Origin: Candidatus Ventricola sp.
GTDB lineage: Bacteria > Bacillota > Clostridia > Christensenellales > Aristaeellaceae
Direction of reading: 5' to 3'
Assembly: GCA_051883755.1 (NCBI GenBank)
Contig: JBJEUI010000218.1
Coordinates: forward strand, 13,430-77,429
Length of the DNA stretch: 64,000 bases
The notes below the pieces were generated by a model. That model did not search any database. It saw only the letters and a program-made list of their open reading frames with translations, and had not been told where the DNA came from. This document shows positions 1 to 9,362 of the stretch, one piece after another. The stretch's first letter is position 1. Each line of letters begins with the position of its first letter. The translations under genes were made by a program, and so were the position numbers.

Positions 1-148
1 TCATCATCCCGGAAAACCTGCCGGTGGAGGCGCCGATCATCGCCAAGGCACAGGAGGAGGACATCATCATCTTCTCGAGCGACCGTACGGCGTATGAGCT
101 GGTGATGCTGCTGAGCGAAAACGGCGTGGCGCCGGCGAAAAAGGGCTG
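1..148 (+). CDS. C-terminal fragment of an upstream gene (DRTGG-domain-like tail); 5' end lies outside the window
   Basis: Frame 2 is open from the window edge to TGA 146-148 (...IIPENLPVEAPIIAKAQEEDIIIFSSDRTAYELVMLLSENGVAPAKKG*). The family call rests only on resemblance of this 48-aa tail to DRTGG-domain proteins found beside clostridial [FeFe]-hydrogenase loci. Confidence 0.4.
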
Positions 149-154
149 AGCGCC

Positions 155-856
155 ATGAAGAGGCTCTACTGCGACCTGCACATTCACTCCTGCCTTTCGC
201 CCTGCGGCGATGCGCTGATGACGCCCAACAACATCGTGGGCATGGCGTTCATCAAGCAGCTGGACGTGATTGCCGTGTGCGACCACAACAGCGCGCGCAA
301 TCTGCCGGCGGTCAAGGAGGCGGCCGATATGATGAACGTGCTGCTGCTGCCGGGCATGGAGCTGACCACGAAGGAAGAGGCGCACATGCTGTGCTACTTT
401 CGCACCGTGGAGCAATGCCTGGCGTTCGGCGAGGAGATCTACGCGCATCTGCCGCCGATTCCCAACAACGAAAAGTTCTTCGGCCGCCAGCAGGTGATGA
501 ACGCGCAGGATGAGGAGATCGCGGTGGAGGAGCGGCTGCTCATCAGCGCGCTTGATCTGAGCTTCGAGGCATGCGCCGAGCGCATCCGTAAAGCGGGCGG
601 GCTGTGCGTGCCGGCGCATATCAACCGGGGAAGCAGCGGCGTGCTGGGCGCGCTGGGCTTCCTGCCGGAAAACGTGCATTACGACGCGCTGGAGATTTCC
701 AGGAAGGCGCCCATGCCGCCGGTCAATCTGGAGGGCTACCGCCTGCTGGAGTCTTCGGACGCACATTATCTTGAAAATATCCTGGAACCACAATTTGCCC
801 TGGAAGCGCGGGAACGAAGCGTTTCGGCCATTTTTGAGGCGATTTCGGGAAAATAA
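155..856 (+). CDS. PHP-domain metal-dependent phosphoesterase
   Basis: 233-aa ORF starting 6 nt after the previous stop. Shows the N-terminal CDLHIHSCLSPCGD and VCDHNS His/Asp motifs typical of PHP domains. Confidence 0.8.
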   Translation: MKRLYCDLHIHSCLSPCGDALMTPNNIVGMAFIKQLDVIAVCDHNSARNLPAVKEAADMMNVLLLPGMELTTKEEAHMLCYFRTVEQCLAFGEEIYAHLPPIPNNEKFFGRQQVMNAQDEEIAVEERLLISALDLSFEACAERIRKAGGLCVPAHINRGSSGVLGALGFLPENVHYDALEISRKAPMPPVNLEGYRLLESSDAHYLENILEPQFALEARERSVSAIFEAISGK

Positions 857-931
857 CTCCAAAATATCATAGATTATTCTGCGTGTTTTGTCGAAAGGTT
901 TCAATTAGTGTGGCCTAACGTCAGACGCGTA

Positions 932-940
932 TGATATAAT
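932..940 (+). promoter_or_regulatory. Extended -10 promoter element (TGATATAAT) upstream of the hydrogenase operon
   Basis: TGaTATAAT at 932-940 lies in the AT-richer gap between the PHP gene and hydC. No convincing -35 is present. Confidence 0.4.
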
Positions 941-1001
941 AGGCCGTCATGAATTTGATAACTTTATGTCAGACAGGAAGCATTAAGGGGGTTTGCACGA
1001 C

Positions 1002-1472
1002 ATGTCTCTCGAAAAGGAAAAGTTCGAGGCTCTGCAGAAGGTGATCGACGAGCTCAGGAATGAACAGGGCGCGCTGATGCCGATCATGCAGAGGGCTCAG
1101 GATATCTTCGGCTATCTGCCGGAAGAGGTCCAGAATTACATCGCCAAGGAGCTGGATATCCCGGTCAGCGATATCTACGGCGTGGCCACGTTCTATGCGC
1201 AGTTCAACCTGGAGCCCAAGGGACAGTACATCATCAGCGTGTGCATGGGCACCGCGTGCTACGTCAAGGGCAGCCAGCAGGTGCTGGACAAGCTGGAGGA
1301 GGTGCTCGGCGTTCCGGCCGGCCGCACCACGCCGGACGGCATGTTCACCCTGAACGCCACCCGCTGCCTGGGCGCCTGCGGTCTGGCTCCGGTCATGATG
1401 GTCAACGACGACGTGTATGGTCGTCTGACGCCGGATCAGATTCCGGACATCATCGCCAAGTACCGTCAGTAA
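1002..1472 (+). CDS. hydC: HydC, NuoE-like thioredoxin-fold [2Fe-2S] subunit of NAD(P)-linked [FeFe]-hydrogenase
   Basis: Cys motifs CMGTAC and CLGACGLAPVMMVND match the NuoE family. I prefer ATG 1002 to the TTG 993 in the ORF track because a GGGGG Shine-Dalgarno sits at 986-990. Confidence 0.9.
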   Translation: MSLEKEKFEALQKVIDELRNEQGALMPIMQRAQDIFGYLPEEVQNYIAKELDIPVSDIYGVATFYAQFNLEPKGQYIISVCMGTACYVKGSQQVLDKLEEVLGVPAGRTTPDGMFTLNATRCLGACGLAPVMMVNDDVYGRLTPDQIPDIIAKYRQ

Positions 1473-1493
1473 ACCGGAAAATCAAGAAGCGTC

Positions 1494-2051
1494 ATGATGC
1501 GTGAACTTGCGGACAATATCCTCGATATTGCCCAGAATTCCATCTCGGCCGGGGCAAGCCTGGTGGAGATCGATATCACTGTGAGCCATGAGCTGGATAG
1601 CGTCGGCTTTGCCTTCATCGACAACGGCTGCGGCATGAGTCGGGAAATGGTCAGGGCCGTCAGCGATCCCTTCACCACCACGCGCAAGACGCGCAAGGTG
1701 GGGCTGGGGCTTCCGCTGCTCAAGATGACGGCGCAGGCCACGGGCGGCGATTTTTCCATCGCCTCCGAGCTGGGGAAGGGGACGACCGTTCGCGTGTCGT
1801 TCGGCCTTTCCCACATCGACAGGCCGCCGATGGGCGACGTGCCGGGCGCGCTGTTCACGCTGGTGCTCATGAATCCGGGAACGGACTTCCGCTTTGTCTA
1901 TGATTATGACGGGAAGGTCTTTACCTTTGACACCCGTGAGATCCGGGAGGCGGTCGCGCCGATTCCGCTTGACCATCCGGAAATTGCCGCATGGATCAAG
2001 GAATGCCTGGTTCAGGAAATCAACGAATTGCATGGAGGATTGTTTTCATGA
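1494..2051 (+). CDS. Stand-alone GHKL (histidine-kinase-like) ATPase-domain protein
   Basis: 185 aa with an N-box-like DNILDIAQNS, DNGCGM and GLGLPLLK motifs. It has no DHp/His-phosphotransfer or sensor domain. Confidence 0.8.
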   Translation: MMRELADNILDIAQNSISAGASLVEIDITVSHELDSVGFAFIDNGCGMSREMVRAVSDPFTTTRKTRKVGLGLPLLKMTAQATGGDFSIASELGKGTTVRVSFGLSHIDRPPMGDVPGALFTLVLMNPGTDFRFVYDYDGKVFTFDTREIREAVAPIPLDHPEIAAWIKECLVQEINELHGGLFS

Positions 2052-2416
2052 AATCTCTTGCCGAACTGGCTGCTATCCGCGCCAGAATGATTGATCAGGT
2101 CAACCTCAGGAAGGATGACAATATCGACACCCGCATCGTCGTGGGCATGGCCACCTGCGGCATCGCCGCCGGCGCGCGCCCGGTGATGCTGGAGTTCATC
2201 GAGGAGCTCAAGAAGCGCGGCATCGACAACGTGACCGTCGCGCAGACCGGCTGCGTGGGCATGTGCCGCCTGGAGCCGATCGTCGAGGTCTACGTCAAGG
2301 ATCAGGAAAAGGTCACCTACGTCCACATGACGCCGGAGAAGGTTGCCCGCGTGGTGAACGACCATATCGTCAACGGCAGGCCGGTGGAAGAATACACCAT
2401 CGGCGCGCAGGGCTGA
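2048..2416 (+). CDS. Thioredoxin-like [2Fe-2S] ferredoxin-domain protein (HydD-like)
   Basis: ATG 2048 overlaps the stop of the GHKL gene (ATGA). Motifs GMATCGIAAGA and QTGCVGMCRLEPIVEV are present. The upstream 19 codons in the ORF track were rejected as overlap. Confidence 0.8.
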   Translation: MKSLAELAAIRARMIDQVNLRKDDNIDTRIVVGMATCGIAAGARPVMLEFIEELKKRGIDNVTVAQTGCVGMCRLEPIVEVYVKDQEKVTYVHMTPEKVARVVNDHIVNGRPVEEYTIGAQG

Positions 2417-2438
2417 GGGTAAATAGGAGGAACATATT

Positions 2439-4235
<1,797 letters not shown>

Positions 4236-4253
4236 TTGAGCCTGAAGGAGTGA

Positions 4254-5999
4254 ATGAACATGGCAATGGTTAACGTTACGATTGATGGCGTGAAGGTGCA
4301 GGTTGAGGCCGGTACGACCGTCCTTGAAGCAGCCCATCAGGCGCACATCCATATTCCCACCCTGTGTCACCTCAAGGACGTCAACGCGATCGGCGCCTGC
4401 CGCATGTGCGTGGTCGACGTCGGCGCGCGCGCGCTGGCTGCGGCCTGCGTGATGCCGGTTTCCGACGGCATGGTCGTCAAGACCAACACCCCGGCCGTCC
4501 GTCAGGCGAGAAAGTCCGTTCTGGAGCTGATCCTCTCCAACCACGAGCGCAAGTGCCTCTCCTGCGTGCGCAGCAGAACCTGCGAGCTGCAGGCGCTGGC
4601 CAAGGACCTGGGCGTGGACGAGAGCAAGTACGACGGCGAGAACATCGAGTATCCGCTGGACAACTTCTCCCCGTCCATCGTCCGCGATCCGAACAAGTGC
4701 ATCCTGTGCCGCCGCTGCGTGGCTGCCTGCCGCAACGTGCAGGGCATCGGCGCCATCGGCGCGGTGAACCGCGGCTTCAAGACCGTCATCGCCCCGGCCT
4801 TCGAGAAGAAGCTGAGCGAGACTGACTGCATCAACTGCGGCCAGTGCGTCGTCGCCTGCCCGGTTGGCGCGCTGCGTGAGAAGGACGACACCGACAAGGT
4901 CTGGGACGCGCTCTCTGATCCGGAGAAGTTCGTCGTCGTGCAGCCGGCTCCGGCCGTGCGCGTCGCGCTGGGCGAGGAGTTCGGCATGCCGATGGGCACC
5001 CGTGTCACCGGCAAGATGACCCAGGCCCTCAGGCGCCTTGGCTTTGACAAGGTGTTCGATACCGACTTCGGCGCCGACCTCACCATCATGGAGGAGGCCA
5101 CCGAGCTGCTGAGCCGCATCAAGAACGGCGGCGTGCTGCCGATGTTCACGTCCTGCTCTCCGGGCTGGATCAAGTACGTCGAGCACAACTTCCCGGAGCT
5201 GATTCCGAACCTGTCCACCTGCAAGTCCCCGATGCAGATGGAAGGCGCGATCATCAAGAGCTACTACGCCGAGAAGGCCGGCATCGACCCGAAGAACATC
5301 GTGGTCGTCGCCGTCATGCCGTGCGTGGCGAAGAAGTTCGAGGTCGAGCGTCCGGAGATGGTGACTGACGGCCTGCGCTCTGTGGATATCTCCATCACCA
5401 CCCGTGAGCTGGCCCGCATGATCAAGGACGCGCGCATCGACTTCGTGAAGCTCTCCGACGAGGAGTGCTTTGACGAGCTGGTGGCCGAGTCCACCGGCGC
5501 TGCGGCGATTTTCGGCGCGACCGGCGGCGTTATGGAAGCGGCGCTGCGCACCGCAGCCGACGTGCTGGAGAACCGCTCCGTGGAGAACATCGATTACGTT
5601 GCGACCCGCGGCATCGAGGGCATCAAGGAAGCAACCTTCAACCTCGCCGGCAAGGATCTCAAGGTGGCGATCGCCAACAGCACCGGCGCGGCGAAGAAGC
5701 TGATCCGCCGCATCCAGGCGGGCGACGCGGACTACGCGTTCATCGAGGTCATGGCCTGCCCGGGCGGCTGCGTCAACGGCGGCGGCCAGCCGATCGTCAA
5801 CGCCGAAACCCGCATGGACATCGACCCGCGCGCCGTGCGTGCGGCCGGCCTCTACGCGGAGGACGAGGCGAAGACCATCCGCAAGTCCCACGAGAATCCG
5901 GACATCAAGAAGCTCTATGCGGAGTACCTTGGCGAGCCGAACGGCCACAAGGCGCATGAGCTGCTGCATACCCACTACGTGGACCGCAGCAAGAAGTAA
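4254..5999 (+). CDS. hydA: HydA, [FeFe]-hydrogenase catalytic subunit (CpI-like domain architecture)
   Basis: 581 aa. N-terminal 2Fe-2S and 4Fe-4S domains, plus H-cluster motifs MPCVAKKFE and EVMACPGGCVNGGGQP. The L1 motif reads FTSCSPGW (see findings). The start could be ATG 4260, which has better spacing to GGAG. Confidence 0.95.
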   Translation: MNMAMVNVTIDGVKVQVEAGTTVLEAAHQAHIHIPTLCHLKDVNAIGACRMCVVDVGARALAAACVMPVSDGMVVKTNTPAVRQARKSVLELILSNHERKCLSCVRSRTCELQALAKDLGVDESKYDGENIEYPLDNFSPSIVRDPNKCILCRRCVAACRNVQGIGAIGAVNRGFKTVIAPAFEKKLSETDCINCGQCVVACPVGALREKDDTDKVWDALSDPEKFVVVQPAPAVRVALGEEFGMPMGTRVTGKMTQALRRLGFDKVFDTDFGADLTIMEEATELLSRIKNGGVLPMFTSCSPGWIKYVEHNFPELIPNLSTCKSPMQMEGAIIKSYYAEKAGIDPKNIVVVAVMPCVAKKFEVERPEMVTDGLRSVDISITTRELARMIKDARIDFVKLSDEECFDELVAESTGAAAIFGATGGVMEAALRTAADVLENRSVENIDYVATRGIEGIKEATFNLAGKDLKVAIANSTGAAKKLIRRIQAGDADYAFIEVMACPGGCVNGGGQPIVNAETRMDIDPRAVRAAGLYAEDEAKTIRKSHENPDIKKLYAEYLGEPNGHKAHELLHTHYVDRSKK

Positions 6000-6011
6000 G
6001 ATGATCAGCAA

Positions 6012-6039
6012 AGGCCCCTGCGCGTGCAGGGGCCTTTTT
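6012..6039 (+). terminator. Intrinsic terminator of the hyd operon
   Basis: AGGCCCCTGC-gcgt-GCAGGGGCCT followed by TTTTT, 13 nt after the hydA stop. Confidence 0.85.
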
Positions 6040-6056
6040 GCGGAAAGAACGCGGTT

Positions 6057-6740
6057 ATGTTGACAGAAAAACTCCTTTCCATGCAGGATGTCCCCTATCG
6101 GGACTTCCAGAGGAAACTGATTCCGGGCCTCGACCCGGAGACGATCATCGGCGTGCGCACGCCGCAGCTGCGCCGGCTTGCCCGTCAGCTCCGGGGGACG
6201 CCGGAGGCAGCGGACTTTTTGGCGGCGCTGCCGCACCGCTTCTTTGAGGAGAATCAGGTGCACGCCGGCCTGATCATGCAGGAAAAGGACTTTGACGCAT
6301 GCCTTGCGCTCGTCAACAGTTTCCTGCCGTATGTGGATAACTGGGCAACCTGCGATGGCCTGTCGCCCAAGGCGCTGAGGACGGACCTGCCGCGGCTGCT
6401 GGACAGCATCCGGGTCTGGCTTGCGTCGGATCACCCGTATACCGTGCGCTTCGGCGTGAACTGCCTGATGCAGGGATATCTCGGGGATGCGTTTGAGCCG
6501 CAATACCTGGAGATGGCCGCGGCGCTTAAGCATGAGGACTACTATGTGAAGATGGGCGTCGCGTGGTACTTTGCGACGGCGCTGGCGCTGCAGTATGAGG
6601 CGACGCTGCCGTACATCGAGCAGAGAAGGCTCGAGCCCTGGACGCACAACAAAGCGATTCAGAAGGCATTGGAGAGCCTGCGGATCCCGCCGGAACACAA
6701 GGACAGGCTGCGGACGCTAAAAATCAGGAAAAACAGATGA
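6057..6740 (+). CDS. DNA alkylation repair protein (HEAT-like repeat, AlkD/AlkC-type family)
   Basis: Starts MLTEKLLSMQDVPYRDFQRKLIPG and contains DNWATCDGL. ATG 6057 was chosen because the ORF-track start at 6024 lies inside the hydA terminator. Confidence 0.75.
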   Translation: MLTEKLLSMQDVPYRDFQRKLIPGLDPETIIGVRTPQLRRLARQLRGTPEAADFLAALPHRFFEENQVHAGLIMQEKDFDACLALVNSFLPYVDNWATCDGLSPKALRTDLPRLLDSIRVWLASDHPYTVRFGVNCLMQGYLGDAFEPQYLEMAAALKHEDYYVKMGVAWYFATALALQYEATLPYIEQRRLEPWTHNKAIQKALESLRIPPEHKDRLRTLKIRKNR

Positions 6741-6795
6741 GGCAGGCGTCCTGAACTGGCGATAGATACGATTTCCGAATAGAAACGAGCGATCA

Positions 6796-6859
6796 GCGCG
6801 AAGCGGGGAAGGGAGTCTGAGGGACTAAGTCCCTCAGGCAGGCTTGGGCGGCAGCCCAA
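6796..6859. repeat. Two-hairpin intergenic repeat, copy A
   Basis: GCGCGAAGCGGGGAAGGGAGT-CTGAGGGAC-taa-GTCCCTCAG-GCAGGC-TTGGGC-ggca-GCCCAA. The same block recurs at 36516-36595 and 61503-61566. Confidence 0.85.
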
Positions 6860-6956
6860 CGTATCCACGGAGGGATATGCTGAAAGCCCATGCTTTGACC
6901 TGCAAAACATGGGCTTGATCAGCTTGTCTCAGGATTGTGATGCATCCTCAAAGAGC

Positions 6957-7493
6957 TTACCGGGAGGTGCACTCCATCGGAACAAAGCCGCGGATCGGAT
7001 GGCCGTCGACCCAGGTCTCGATGTAGGCCCAGCTGCGATACTTGTAGAAGCTGCCCAGATACGTGACGGTAAGGCCCTCGGACAGGGTGCCCAGATCGCG
7101 GTTGTAGAGCACCGGATCATCGGTCAGCGTGCAGGCCTGGGTGATCTTCACGCTGGCATAGCTAAAATCGAGCGGTTCAAGCTTCAGGATGCTGGTATTG
7201 TAATGGAACTGGCTCAAATCGACATAGCCGACGCGAACGCTGCCTTTTCCCGTTTCATACATCACCAGCGCCCAGCCGTTTTCCTTGCCGGCGGCATAGA
7301 GCGGTTCGTCGGTAGACGCCTTTGCATAGCCGTTGGCGCCGCGCCCATACTCGTGACCGGGGCCCCGGTAAACGGGCAGCGTCTGACCGCCATAGAAATT
7401 GCGGCGCGTGAAGACGAGATCTTCAGCCAGCGCGCAGGACACGAGGGAGAGAAGCATCACGAGAACGATCAATACGGACAAGGCCTTTTTCAT
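6957..7493 (-). CDS. Predicted lipoprotein with SH3b-like repeats
   Basis: ATG 7493 is preceded by AGGAGG. Signal peptide MKKALSVLIVLVMLLSLVSC has an LVSC lipobox. The longer 355-aa ORF in the track was rejected as upstream read-through. Confidence 0.7.
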   Translation of the reverse strand: MKKALSVLIVLVMLLSLVSCALAEDLVFTRRNFYGGQTLPVYRGPGHEYGRGANGYAKASTDEPLYAAGKENGWALVMYETGKGSVRVGYVDLSQFHYNTSILKLEPLDFSYASVKITQACTLTDDPVLYNRDLGTLSEGLTVTYLGSFYKYRSWAYIETWVDGHPIRGFVPMECTSR

Positions 7494-7723
7494 ATATGTT
7501 TCCTCCTGCTTCGTCATGTTGTGTATCGGAAGATACCCTCTCCTACATGATACAGGATTTCGGGCCAAAAGGGAATCTCTGTTCATGGATTTGCATGCAA
7601 AAATGGAGAAATACGAGCCTTTTCCGGTCGACAGCGCAGGGTGTGCCTGCCGGTGCAGTTCATCGCGCGCAGAAAAAGCCGCCCTTGGGACGGCCTGATG
7701 TGCGGGCGAAAGGAAAGACAAGC

Positions 7724-7864
7724 TTACAGTCTGGAGAGCATGGACGCGTTGTACTCGTAGTGCAGGTAGCTGCCCACCTCGGTGGAGTTGGAACGGCCGT
7801 CGATCAGAGAGAGCAGGGAAGAAGCGCCCAGAAGCACGGCAATGACGAAAAGAATGGTCAGCAT
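7724..7864 (-). CDS. Small hydrophobic protein (46 aa), below the ORF-track length cutoff
   Basis: Translated by hand as MLTILFVIAVLLGASSLLSLIDGRSNSTEVGSYLHYEYNASMLSRL*. A GTGAGG Shine-Dalgarno lies 7 nt upstream, CATGCTATAAT at 7940-7950 (minus) and a hairpin plus U-run downstream. Third codon positions are GC-rich. Confidence 0.45.
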   Translation of the reverse strand: MLTILFVIAVLLGASSLLSLIDGRSNSTEVGSYLHYEYNASMLSRL

Positions 7865-8143
7865 AGGAATGCCTCACTTTCATAAATCTGCAGGATGGTG
7901 AGGAGACGGCCTTGGCGTGCCCGATCTCCGTTTGCGGAGCTATTATAGCATGGAATGAGCCAAAAGTACACTGTTTTTTCTTAAAATACAAAGAAAAATT
8001 TGCGTTCCTCCAAAAATGCATCACGCGGCTTCGAGGGGGCGATGTCCCCCTTGATTATGAATGAATGGGCGGTTCTGGTTGCATGTAAGCTGCAAAATGA
8101 ATAGAAAAATGCAGGATGAACGTGAATCGTGTTCATCGGGGGC

Positions 8144-8168
8144 AAAGAAAAAGCGGCCGGCCGGCCGC
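8144..8168 (-). terminator. Intrinsic terminator of nth
   Basis: The palindrome GCGGCCGGCCGGCCGC sits immediately after the nth stop and is followed on the minus strand by TTTTTCTTT. Confidence 0.8.
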
Positions 8169-8810
8169 TCATTTTTTGCCCTTGGGGTTGCCGTTGGCGT
8201 ACTCGCACCACGCGGACAGCGTGCAGCTCCCGCACGCGGGCTTGCGCGCGGCGCAGACGCGTCTGCCGTGGAAGATGATCCAGTGATGCGCGAGGCTCCA
8301 CTTCTCCCGGGGGATATTCTGCATCAGCTGCTGCTCGGTCTTGAGCACGTCGTTTGCGTCCGCCAGACCCAGACGGTTGGAGACGCGGAAGACGTGCGTG
8401 TCCACCGCGATCGCGTCCGCGCCGAACGCACAGCTCATCACGACGTTCGCCGTCTTGCGGCCTACGCCTGGGAGCTGCGTCAGCTTTTCGTGGTCGGCGG
8501 GCACTTCGCCGCCGTAGTTCTCCACCAGCGCGCGTGCCGTGGCGACGAGGTTCCTGGCCTTGTTGTGGTACAGACCGCAGGTCTTGATGAGCGGCTCCAC
8601 GTCGAGCGGATCGGCCTCGGCCAGCGCATGCGCGTCGGGATAGGCCACAAAGAGCGCGGGTGTGACCATGTTCACCTTGACGTCCGTGCACTGGGCGGAA
8701 AGGATGACCGCAACGAGCAGCTGATAGGGATTGTCAAAATGCAGCGCAGGCCTGGCGTCGGGATACAGACGCTCAAGCTCCGCGAGAATCGGTTCAAATG
8801 CGGCAGACAT
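8169..8810 (-). CDS. nth: Endonuclease III (DNA-(apurinic or apyrimidinic site) lyase)
   Basis: 213 aa. Contains LLVAVILSAQCTDVKVN, an HhH-GPD region LPGVGRKTANVV and the C-terminal 4-Cys cluster CxxxxxxCxxCxxxxxC. Confidence 0.95.
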   Translation of the reverse strand: MSAAFEPILAELERLYPDARPALHFDNPYQLLVAVILSAQCTDVKVNMVTPALFVAYPDAHALAEADPLDVEPLIKTCGLYHNKARNLVATARALVENYGGEVPADHEKLTQLPGVGRKTANVVMSCAFGADAIAVDTHVFRVSNRLGLADANDVLKTEQQLMQNIPREKWSLAHHWIIFHGRRVCAARKPACGSCTLSAWCEYANGNPKGKK

Positions 8811-8915
8811 GAAAACCGCCCCCTTCCCATGATGGCTTTATTATAGCGGTCTGCGGGGAAAAAGGCAAGCGGCCCGGAAAAAAGCATGCCGCCGGACAGG
8901 GGCGGCATGGCGCGG

Positions 8916-9188
8916 TCATATGCTCAAGGGTGTCAGAGAAATCTGCCGCGTGCCGTAATTGTCCACGCGATAAAACCCGATCAGCGCGCCGGCGTTGATG
9001 CGGCGGTATACCGCCAGCACCTGGTCGAATTCCGCCAGCTCAAAGCGAACCGACAACCCGCAGCCCATCGCGACCTCGCGCGGCGTAGAGATCACGCCGG
9101 CAGACAGCCCCGCGCGGCGCAGCGCGTCTTCCAGGCGCAGCACCTGCGTGCGCGAACGGAAGGCGGCAATGCCAAAGGATGATTGCAT
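8916..9188 (-). CDS. DUF3343-type putative Se/S carrier-like protein
   Basis: ATG 9188 is preceded by GGAGGG. MQSSFGIAAFRSRTQVLRLEDALRRAGLSAGVISTPREVAMGCGLSVRF matches the DUF3343 pattern with a conserved CG. Confidence 0.7.
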   Translation of the reverse strand: MQSSFGIAAFRSRTQVLRLEDALRRAGLSAGVISTPREVAMGCGLSVRFELAEFDQVLAVYRRINAGALIGFYRVDNYGTRQISLTPLSI

Positions 9189-9362
9189 GATCGTTCCCTC
9201 CCCGGGTCTACCTTGCGGCGGCCCTCTCATATACTCTACCATATGCGGCGTGCGTGCTGCGGGTTCAGGCGGAGTTCAGGCGCGCCGTGAAGCGGAAGAG
9301 GAGCCCGTGGGGGATGAGCCCTCCCCGGGCGGGCTTGGGCATCGCCCAAAAGGGGGAACTTC

